The notes beneath the pieces are model-generated. The model ran no database searches, was not told the DNA's origin, and worked only from the letters and a program-made list of their open reading frames with translations. Shown here piece by piece: positions 1 to 7,401 of a stretch of DNA of 32,000 nucleotides. This DNA comes from an uncultured bacterium (lineage in GTDB: Bacteria > Patescibacteriota > Gracilibacteria > UBA1369 > PNNO01): NCBI GenBank assembly GCA_963704705.1, contig OY969931.1:660001-692000 (forward strand), in the 5' to 3' direction. The position numbers were made by a program, and so were the translations under genes. Numbering within the stretch: the stretch's first letter is position 1; each line of letters opens with the position of its first letter.

Positions 1-2162
1 GAACTATGTTTAAAAAAATGTTTGATGACGGTTTGATTTATAGAGGTGATAGAATTGTGAATTGGTGCCCAAGATGTGAATCAACACTCGCTGATGATGA
101 AGTTGATTATAAAGAAGCAAAAGAAAAGCTTTACTGGATTAAATATGGTCCTTTTAAAGTAGCAACAACAAGGCCTGAAACAATGCTTGGCGATACTGCG
201 ATAGCAGTTAATCCAAAAGATAAGAGATATAAAAAAGATATTGGAAAAAAATTTAAAATCCCTTATCCATTGGGCGAATTTGAAGTAACAATGGTTGCAG
301 ATAATGAAGTTGATATGGATTTTGGAACCGGTGCAGTAAAAGTTACTCCGGCTCACAGTTTTGCGGATTTTGAAATAGCAGGAAGAAATGGAATTGAATC
401 AAAATCTGTTATAAATGAGCAAGGCAAAATGATGAAAAATTGCGGTAAATATGCTGGAATGTCCGCTAAAGACTGCAGAAAAGAATATGTAAAAGATTTG
501 GAAAAAATGGGTCTTTTGGAAAAAGAAGAAGATTTCGACCATAATCTATCAATTTGTTATCGTTGTAAAACTCCGATTGAACCGTTAATTAGTAAACAAT
601 GGTTTGTTGCCGTTGATAAGCCGGTAATTAAACATGAAGGTAAAAAGAAATCAATTAAAGAAAGATCAATTGAAGTTGTTCGCAATGGAGAAATCGAAAT
701 AATCCCTGAAAGATTCGATAAAACTTATTATAACTGGATGGAAAACCTGCACGACTGGTGCATTTCTCGTCAGATTTGGTATGGGCATCAAGTTCCGGTT
801 TGGTATTGCCAGGATTGTGATGAAGAGATCGTTGAAGTTGATACCCCTAAAAAATGTACTAAATGTAAAGGTTCTAACCTAAAGCAAGATCCCGATACTT
901 TAGATACATGGTTTTCTTCAGGTTTATGGACTTTTTCAACACTTGGATGGCCTGATCAAACTGAAGATTTAAAATATTTCCACCCGACGAGTGTTTTGGA
1001 AACAGGTTATGATATTTTGTTTTTCTGGATTGCCAGAATGATAATAATGACAACTTACGGATTAGGAGAAGTTCCATTTAAACAGGTTTATCTGCATGGA
1101 TTAATTCGAACTCGTGATGGTCAGAAAATGTCTAAGTCAAAGCCTGAAACATGTATTAATCCGTTGGACATGATTGATCAGTACGGAACGGATGCTCTTC
1201 GTTTAAGCATGGTGATCGGTTCTACTCCTGGTAATGATTTGAGGCTTTATGAAGAGAAAATTGCAGGTTACAGAAATTTTGTTAATAAAATCTGGAATGC
1301 AGTTAGATTTTCATTGTTAAATGTTGATGAAAAAGCATTAAAAGAAGAATTTATTCCTAAAAAACACATCCAGTCGCCCGCTGATAAATGGATTCTTACA
1401 AAACTTCAGTATCTGATTAAAGATATCACTGATGATATGGATAAATATCACTTTAGTGAAGCCGGAAACAAAATTTATAATTTCACCTGGAGCGAACTTT
1501 GCGACTGGTATGTTGAATTTAGCAAAGGTGAACATTTGAATCCTAATGTTTTAGCTTTTGTAATTAAAAATTTATTAAAATTACTTCATCCTTTTATTCC
1601 TTTTGTTACAGAGGTTTTGTGGGAAAATCTGCATGGCGATAAAATGCTTATTTCAGAAGATTGGCCTGTTTTTGATAAAAGTATGATTTTTGCTAAAGAA
1701 GTTGAAAACATGGAACTTTTGCATCAGGTTATTTCAGACATAAGAAGTGCCAGAGCAGAGCATTCTGTTGATCCTGCAAAAGAAATTCATGCAGTTATTT
1801 ATGCAGGTAAATACACTGAGTTTTTAGAGCTTAAACGCGCACCTTTAATGAGAATGGCCAGAATAGGGGAGTTGGAAATATTTGAAAAAGGAGAAAAACT
1901 GGACCATGCGATTGCTCTATTAACAGGTAATCTTGAAATTTATCTGCCATTACATGAAATGATTGATATTGATAAAGAAAATAATCGATTAAACAAAGAA
2001 CTTGATAATTTAAAGAAATTTGAAAAAACCCTTAAATCAAAGCTTAACAATCAGGGATTTGTAAAAAATGCTCCTCCTGAAGTAATAGAGAAAGAACAAA
2101 AACGTTTAAGTGAAACATCAAGCGCAATTAAAAAAATTCAAGACAAACTGGTCGAAATTTAA
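1..2162 (+). CDS. valS: Valyl-tRNA synthetase, 5' end truncated by window edge
   Basis: The frame is open to the window edge, so the ATG at 6 is internal. Class I aaRS KMSKS motif (GQKMSKSK). Cys knuckles CPRC, CYRC, CQDC and CTKC. Long C-terminal coiled coil typical of ValRS. The HIGH region would lie upstream of the window. Confidence 0.95.
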   Translation, partial: TMFKKMFDDGLIYRGDRIVNWCPRCESTLADDEVDYKEAKEKLYWIKYGPFKVATTRPETMLGDTAIAVNPKDKRYKKDIGKKFKIPYPLGEFEVTMVADNEVDMDFGTGAVKVTPAHSFADFEIAGRNGIESKSVINEQGKMMKNCGKYAGMSAKDCRKEYVKDLEKMGLLEKEEDFDHNLSICYRCKTPIEPLISKQWFVAVDKPVIKHEGKKKSIKERSIEVVRNGEIEIIPERFDKTYYNWMENLHDWCISRQIWYGHQVPVWYCQDCDEEIVEVDTPKKCTKCKGSNLKQDPDTLDTWFSSGLWTFSTLGWPDQTEDLKYFHPTSVLETGYDILFFWIARMIIMTTYGLGEVPFKQVYLHGLIRTRDGQKMSKSKPETCINPLDMIDQYGTDALRLSMVIGSTPGNDLRLYEEKIAGYRNFVNKIWNAVRFSLLNVDEKALKEEFIPKKHIQSPADKWILTKLQYLIKDITDDMDKYHFSEAGNKIYNFTWSELCDWYVEFSKGEHLNPNVLAFVIKNLLKLLHPFIPFVTEVLWENLHGDKMLISEDWPVFDKSMIFAKEVENMELLHQVISDIRSARAEHSVDPAKEIHAVIYAGKYTEFLELKRAPLMRMARIGELEIFEKGEKLDHAIALLTGNLEIYLPLHEMIDIDKENNRLNKELDNLKKFEKTLKSKLNNQGFVKNAPPEVIEKEQKRLSETSSAIKKIQDKLVEI

Positions 2163-2168
2163 TATTTG

Positions 2169-2177
2169 TGGTATAAT
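2169..2177 (+). promoter_or_regulatory. Candidate extended -10 promoter element (TGGTATAAT) upstream of 2201 ORF
   Basis: TGnTATAAT lies 24 nt upstream of the ATG at 2201, in the 38-nt valS-downstream gap. An AT-rich background makes chance matches common. Confidence 0.3.
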
Positions 2178-2200
2178 ATATTGAAAATAAAAACAAAAAT

Positions 2201-3118
2201 ATGAATGAAAAAGCCCAGGGGCTTAAGGAAATTGAAAGTTTAATTGCTGCTGATAAGCTAAAGGAAGCTTATGATCTTTGTAATAAATTATTATTGAATT
2301 TTCCTGAAAGTTACAGGATAAGAAGACAAAAAGCAAAAATCGAAAAACTTGTATTTAAAAAGAATCTAAAATTGGTAAAAGGTGACATGGATAAGCTCAA
2401 ACCTTTGTGGAAAGAGAAAAAATATCTCGAAATAATAACAAAATTAAAAGAATTACAAAGATTTGTTCCGGGATATGCTGAACTTGAAAAGGAACTTGAA
2501 AAAGCCCAAAACTTACAGCTAAAAGAAAAATCCAAAGAGCAAAAAGACACACTGGCTCAATATTTGGATGCTGCAAAAAAATATATGGATGAAGCTAAAT
2601 ATCAGGACGCCATAACAACTTTGAAGCGGGTCTTACTTAAAATTCCTGACCACGAACAAGCTAAAATAATGCTTGCGAATGCTCGTGAAGCATATATTGA
2701 TCAGCAAATTAAAGATCGTGACTTTTTATTGAAGAGTGACAAGTTTGATGAAATAGCTGATTTTATTAAACATTTAAAAGCTGTTTATCCTGAATCGTCA
2801 AAGATTGATGCTTTGATAAAAAAGCTTTCAAAACGTGAAGAAATGGCAAGAAAATTTGATAAAATGGATTTTACCTATAAATCTTATGAAGAACTTTTGA
2901 CTTTATTTCAAATAAAAAAATATCAAACATGTATAAAAGGACTCGAAGAATTAATTGAAATTGAAAAAGATAATTTTAAAGCATTGGAATTGTTGAAATT
3001 AGCACGAAATGAATTCGATAAACAGCTTACCAAAGAAATTATTACAAAAATAAGAGAACTGCAAAAAAAATTCAGAAAACAAAAGAAAGAAATGCCGAAT
3101 GAATTTATCAGACTTTAA
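2201..3118 (+). CDS. Hypothetical Lys/Glu-rich helical-repeat (TPR-like) protein
   Basis: 305-aa ORF with about five internal 55-60 aa helical repeats, each containing a ...L..LL...P.....A..LL..A... pattern (e.g. AITTLKRVLLKIPDHEQAKIMLANA). No catalytic motif recognised. Confidence 0.6.
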   Translation: MNEKAQGLKEIESLIAADKLKEAYDLCNKLLLNFPESYRIRRQKAKIEKLVFKKNLKLVKGDMDKLKPLWKEKKYLEIITKLKELQRFVPGYAELEKELEKAQNLQLKEKSKEQKDTLAQYLDAAKKYMDEAKYQDAITTLKRVLLKIPDHEQAKIMLANAREAYIDQQIKDRDFLLKSDKFDEIADFIKHLKAVYPESSKIDALIKKLSKREEMARKFDKMDFTYKSYEELLTLFQIKKYQTCIKGLEELIEIEKDNFKALELLKLARNEFDKQLTKEIITKIRELQKKFRKQKKEMPNEFIRL

Positions 3119-3119
3119 A

Positions 3120-4190
3120 TTACTTCTTTTTTGCCAGTTTATATTGTTCACGACCAACACGCTCAAACTGCTTTTTATTCTTCAAATTAAGAATGATTGT
3201 AATTTTCTTAACCTGTCTTTGTTTAAGAACGTCGGTAATAATAGCTTCCTGAGATTTTGCTTTACCGTCTTTTAGAATATCTTCGATAATATCTGCTACT
3301 GTACCTTCTTTAAAGCCCCACTCTTTAAGTGCATAAATTCCTCTGCCGATTAATACAAACTGGTCGTGTCTGATTAATTCGTTATGAACAGCCTGAAGAT
3401 TAATTCTTTTATTATCAAATTTAAGTTCAGTGATTTTATTAACGATATCAATAAAATGCATTGGTTTTTTGTTCCTGTTTAGAACAAAATAAATTTTATC
3501 TCTTAAGGTTTTTGGATTGATATGTCTCCAGCTTGCAAGACCAATACCGTTTTCAACCGGCTTCAAACGTTTATCCAAAGTGAAAATAGAAATTACCTGT
3601 TGAAGTCTTGTTGCATCAAGTTCTTTAAAATGCTTTTTAAGTTCATCAAAAATTTTGCTATTAGATAGAATGTCAGTCTTTTTCTTTAATATATCTATTG
3701 TTTTGCTTGTAACTTGTTTGACATTAGTGTCGTTAATATCAGCAAATTTAATATATGGATGATAATTAATTGTATTTGGAATTCTGATTAAATCTTTATC
3801 TAAAGAAAGAGAAAGATTTATTGCATTCCTGTTAATTTCAACATCGCTTTTACTTAAAAGGTTTATTAATGATGAAAATAGGTTCTCATCAGTCATAATT
3901 CCGCCGTTTTCCTGTAAAAGATTTTTAATAAATTCATTCACTTGTTGGAGTTCAGTATTGCCTACGTTTCTTTGCAATTTTGTGAGCGCATTCTTTTCAA
4001 TTTGTCTAATTCGTTCTCTTGTTACGTTGAAGTGTTTTCCAATTTCTTCGAGGGTTGCACGGTATGTATTATCTAAATTGAACCGTCTTTTAATAACGTG
4101 TTTTTCCTTTTGTGAAAGCAGTATAAGTAGGTCTTGAACAATTTTCTGAGCGTTTTGAAAAGTTTTAACTGGAGTTTGAGACGTGTCCAT
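3120..4190 (-). CDS. Sigma-70 region-4-only DNA-binding protein with C-terminal HARE-HTH-like domain
   Basis: The N-terminus carries a classic region 4.2 HTH (TLEEIGKHFNVTRERIRQIEKNALTKLQ). No region 2 (-10 recognition or melting) motif is visible. The C-terminal ~70 aa (TVADIIEDILKDGKAKSQEAIITDVLKQRQVKK...) resemble the RpoE-delta/HARE-HTH fold. Confidence 0.7.
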   Translation of the reverse strand: MDTSQTPVKTFQNAQKIVQDLLILLSQKEKHVIKRRFNLDNTYRATLEEIGKHFNVTRERIRQIEKNALTKLQRNVGNTELQQVNEFIKNLLQENGGIMTDENLFSSLINLLSKSDVEINRNAINLSLSLDKDLIRIPNTINYHPYIKFADINDTNVKQVTSKTIDILKKKTDILSNSKIFDELKKHFKELDATRLQQVISIFTLDKRLKPVENGIGLASWRHINPKTLRDKIYFVLNRNKKPMHFIDIVNKITELKFDNKRINLQAVHNELIRHDQFVLIGRGIYALKEWGFKEGTVADIIEDILKDGKAKSQEAIITDVLKQRQVKKITIILNLKNKKQFERVGREQYKLAKKK

Positions 4191-4309
4191 ATTGCATATG
4201 AATTAAATAATAAATTGCAAATATATCAAGTTTGCATTTACTTTGCTATTATAGTTTAATCGAAATCTAAGGTGAAGAATTTGGGGTTTACTTATAATCC
4301 AAAGATTGT

Positions 4310-5002
4310 TTAGTTATTTACAATTGGTAATGAATGTAAAATATATCCGCTACAATATATAGTTTCAATTAGCTGATTGGTTTTTTTATAATCAATTTTC
4401 TTTCTTAGACAATTAATATGTACATCAACAGTATTTGTCATAAAATAAGCATTTCTATCCCATACGTTTTCTAAAATAATTTGTCTTGATAGTAGTATAT
4501 CTGTATTTCTCATTAAAAATTCCAATAATTGAAATTCTTTATTTCTAAGAAATTGTTTTTTCCCAAATCGTTCAACCTCACGTCTGTTAATATTTAAAAT
4601 AAGATCATGCACTTTTATTATATAATCGTGCTTTAATTTATTGTTTTTATTAATTATTTTTTTAATTTCATTTGCAAGGTATCTTGTTGGAATATCATAA
4701 GGATATATATATTTGGTATTTAATTTAATATTTTCTAATTCATTAATTTGTTTTTTGTTAATAAGTAAAAATAATGGTTTATTATAATCTATTTCTTTAA
4801 TGGCTTTAAGAATCGTATTATTATTTGACTCAGAAGAAGTTAATTTAAAAATTATACAATCATAATTATTATATAATAAACTGTCTTTATAATTCTCATG
4901 TAAGGATTTGTATTCACTTAGAATATTTTCGCAATTCAAATTTCTGCAAAGCAGTTCCGACAACATTCTATTTTCCGTGATAACAAGAGCATACATAGGC
5001 AT
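4310..5002 (-). CDS. OmpR/PhoB-family winged-helix regulator with degenerate (pseudo-)receiver domain
   Basis: The C-terminus matches trans_reg_C (LRNKEFQLLEFLMRNTDILLSRQIILENVWD...TVDVHINCLRKKID...GYIL). The N-terminal CheY-like region lacks the acidic pair (VITEN) and the phospho-acceptor Asp (YDCIIFKLTSS where DLVLLDL is expected). Confidence 0.75.
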   Translation of the reverse strand: MPMYALVITENRMLSELLCRNLNCENILSEYKSLHENYKDSLLYNNYDCIIFKLTSSESNNNTILKAIKEIDYNKPLFLLINKKQINELENIKLNTKYIYPYDIPTRYLANEIKKIINKNNKLKHDYIIKVHDLILNINRREVERFGKKQFLRNKEFQLLEFLMRNTDILLSRQIILENVWDRNAYFMTNTVDVHINCLRKKIDYKKTNQLIETIYCSGYILHSLPIVNN

Positions 5003-5180
5003 TTAGTCAACAGCGAGTGAAATGATATATAATATTTTCAACTCAATAAAGGGCCTATTTTTAGATTAGGCTTTGTATAAAGAAAATTTTATTGAATTTT
5101 GTGTTGTAAATATTTCAACAACAGCTTTAAATTTTATAAAAAATTCATTACACTAGGGTAAATATTATTAACCTAATAAC

Positions 5181-5435
5181 ATGGATGAAGAGAATAAGAA
5201 AAAACTTCAAATAAAATTTGATTCAGCATTGGAAGCAGGCGTTTATAGTAATGCTGTTTCAGTTAGCGCGACCAATAATGAAATGATTTTAGATTTTGGT
5301 TATATTCTGCCAAATGTTACTCCTTCAACAATTAAAATTGTAAGTCGTGTGAATTTAACTCAAAAAACCGCAGAAAGTCTTTTGAAAATTTTATCTAATG
5401 CGGTTTTGGATATGAAAAATAAGCAAAAAGAATAA
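5181..5435 (+). CDS. Small conserved protein, DUF3467-like
   Basis: 84-aa ORF. The pattern GVYSNAVSVSATNNEMILDFGYILP resembles the DUF3467 core. Its stop overlaps the dtd start by 1 nt (TAATG). Confidence 0.55.
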   Translation: MDEENKKKLQIKFDSALEAGVYSNAVSVSATNNEMILDFGYILPNVTPSTIKIVSRVNLTQKTAESLLKILSNAVLDMKNKQKE

Positions 5436-5884
5436 TGAAAGCCTTAATTCAAAGAGTTTCCAAAGCGAAAGTAACAGTAGATAACACCATCACAGGCAAA
5501 ATTGATAAAGGTATTTTGATTTTTTTGGGTATAACGCACAATGATTCATCTGAAGATATTAATTATCTGGTTGATAAAATAATTAACTTAAGAATTTTTG
5601 AAAATGATGATAAACAAATGGACAAATCTGTTTTAGATATTAATGGCGGGTTACTTGTTATATCTCAATTTACTTTATATGGAAGTGTTAAAAAGGGCAG
5701 AAGACCTGATTTTACAAATGCTGCAAAACCAGATTCTGCTAAAGAATTATATGAAAAATTTATTGAAGAATGCCGAAAATCACAATTAAAAGTTGAAACA
5801 GGTATTTTTGCTGCAATGATGGATATAGAACTTGTTAATGACGGGCCCGTAACTTTTATGATTGACAGTCATGCGAACTTTTGA
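5435..5884 (+). CDS. dtd: D-aminoacyl-tRNA deacylase
   Basis: 149 aa. MKALIQRV N-terminus, SQFTLYG motif, KKGRRPDF, and C-terminal NDGPVTF. The full-length match is typical of Dtd. Confidence 0.92.
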   Translation: MKALIQRVSKAKVTVDNTITGKIDKGILIFLGITHNDSSEDINYLVDKIINLRIFENDDKQMDKSVLDINGGLLVISQFTLYGSVKKGRRPDFTNAAKPDSAKELYEKFIEECRKSQLKVETGIFAAMMDIELVNDGPVTFMIDSHANF

Positions 5885-5941
5885 TTTCAGTACATATTTT
5901 TTTTTGCTATTATAGATTTTGATTTTTAACATATATAAATA

Positions 5942-7321
5942 ATGAATGCTCAAAATGATTTAATGGAAAAGGTGGTTTCTTTATGTAAAAGGAGGGGATT
6001 CGTATTTCAGGGATCAGAAATATATGGCGGACTTGCAAATACATGGGATTTAGGACCTTTGGGAGCTGAACTTAAAAATAATATTCTTCAGGCCTGGTGG
6101 AAATTTTTTATTCATAGCAGAAGAGATATTGTTGGTATTGATGCAGCTATTTTCATGAATCCTAAGGTTTGGCAGGCTTCCGGTCATGTTGAAAATTTTA
6201 ATGATGCGCAGGTTGATTGCAAAGAATGTAAAAAAAGACACAGAGCAGACCATTTAATAGAAGACGCACTTGAAAATGTAAAAGTAGAAGGATTAAGTCC
6301 TGAAGATTTAAATACCTTAATAATTGAGAATAATATTAAATGTCCAAATTGCGGATCTAAAAATTTTACTGATGTAAGAACTTTTAATCTCTTGTTTCAA
6401 ACTTATATCGGTCCTGTAGCAAGTAATTCAGAGCCTGTTTATCTAAGAGGCGAAATTGCTCAGGGTATGTTCACAAATTTTAAAAATGTATTGGATACAA
6501 CTCGTAAAAAGCTTCCTTTTGGAATTGCTTCAGCCGGTAAAGCATTCAGAAATGAAATAACTCCTGGTAATTTTATATTCAGAACACTTGAATTCGATTT
6601 AATGGAGTTTGAATATTTTATTAGAGAAGAAGACTGGAAAGAAAAATTTGAATATTGGCTTTCAGAAATGAAAAAATGGCTTGATATTGTTGGTATTTCT
6701 AAAGAAAACACAAGAGTACGAGAACATACTAAAGATGAACTTTCTCACTATTCAAAACGAACAGTTGATATTGAATATAATACTCCTTTTGGATGGAAAG
6801 AATTATATGGTCTTGCATACAGAACTGATTTTGATTTGAAAAATCATATGGAAGCAAGCGGTAAAGATATGACTTATTTTGATCAGGAGACAGGTGAAAA
6901 ATTTATACCTCATGTTATTGAACCTACGTTTGGTTTAAGCAGAACAATTTTAATGGTACTTCTTGATTCTTATTCTGAAGAAGAAGTTGAAGGAGAAGCT
7001 CGCGTAGTACTTAAACTAAAACCGCAAATTGCACCTTATAAAGCAGCAATTTTACCATTAATGAAAAAACCTGAATTAGTAGAGATGGCTGATAAAGTTT
7101 TTGATATTCTTAAAGATAAATATGCACTGGATTATGATTTAACCGGAAGTATCGGTAAAAGATACCGTAGACAGGATGAAATAGGTACGCCATTTGCAAT
7201 TACAATCGACTATGATACTTTGGAAGATAATTCTGTAACTGTCCGGGACCGCGACACATTGAATCAGGACAGAATTAAAATTGAAGAACTTCAAGAATAT
7301 CTAGATAAAAAACTACAATAG
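5942..7321 (+). CDS. glyQS: Glycyl-tRNA synthetase (dimeric class II type)
   Basis: 459 aa. N-terminus RRGFVFQGSEIYGGLANTWDLGPLG, class II motifs (FRNEITPGNFIFRTLEFDLMEFEYF), Zn-ribbon-like CKECKK...CPNCG insertion, and a C-terminal anticodon-binding domain. Confidence 0.95.
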   Translation: MNAQNDLMEKVVSLCKRRGFVFQGSEIYGGLANTWDLGPLGAELKNNILQAWWKFFIHSRRDIVGIDAAIFMNPKVWQASGHVENFNDAQVDCKECKKRHRADHLIEDALENVKVEGLSPEDLNTLIIENNIKCPNCGSKNFTDVRTFNLLFQTYIGPVASNSEPVYLRGEIAQGMFTNFKNVLDTTRKKLPFGIASAGKAFRNEITPGNFIFRTLEFDLMEFEYFIREEDWKEKFEYWLSEMKKWLDIVGISKENTRVREHTKDELSHYSKRTVDIEYNTPFGWKELYGLAYRTDFDLKNHMEASGKDMTYFDQETGEKFIPHVIEPTFGLSRTILMVLLDSYSEEEVEGEARVVLKLKPQIAPYKAAILPLMKKPELVEMADKVFDILKDKYALDYDLTGSIGKRYRRQDEIGTPFAITIDYDTLEDNSVTVRDRDTLNQDRIKIEELQEYLDKKLQ

Positions 7322-7350
7322 TTTTTTAAGTTTTAGAAAGGGTAAGGAAA

Positions 7351-7379
7351 TTGATATTTTCGCTTATTTGTGCTAAAAT
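7351..7379 (+). promoter_or_regulatory. Candidate sigma-70-type promoter (TTGATA-17 nt-TAAAAT, with TGn extension)
   Basis: TTGATA at 7351-7356, 17-nt spacer, TGC-TAAAAT at 7371-7379. It lies 22 nt upstream of the ATG at 7402. Confidence 0.4.
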
Positions 7380-7401
7380 ATAAAGAAATATAAATAAAAA
7401 C

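Noticed and set aside
81-1535. Three 65-91 aa antisense ORFs inside valS. The track has similar short ORFs nested in or antisense to other large genes: 2311-2550, 6050-6253, 6460-6711, 7546-7737, 8081-8323, 8840-9049, 10564-10752, 11308-11511, 16051-16293, 17367-17573, 18759-18983, 20993-21334, 21982-22188, 23391-23600, 23687-23869, 24570-24758, 25271-25483, 27133-27396, 29765-29986.
   Set aside because: All lie within strongly supported genes. Their translations are low-complexity and rich in Phe, Ile, Ser, Cys and Lys, as expected from reading AT-rich coding DNA out of frame. None shows a recognisable motif.
5049-5076. Possible hairpin GGGCCTA-tttttagat-TAGGCTT in the divergent region between the response regulator and the DUF3467 gene
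   Set aside because: It has only 5 Watson-Crick pairs plus wobbles, a 9-nt loop, and no flanking U-tract. This is indistinguishable from chance.
4242-5915. Identical 13-mer TTTGCTATTATAG in two intergenic regions (4242-4254 and 5903-5915), considered as a shared regulatory motif
   Set aside because: A single 13-nt match is expected by chance in 32 kb of AT-rich sequence read on both strands. The two copies are also in inconsistent orientation relative to their downstream genes. At 4248-4253 it could supply a minus-strand TATAAT for the sigma-like gene, but the -35 (TTCACC) is weak.
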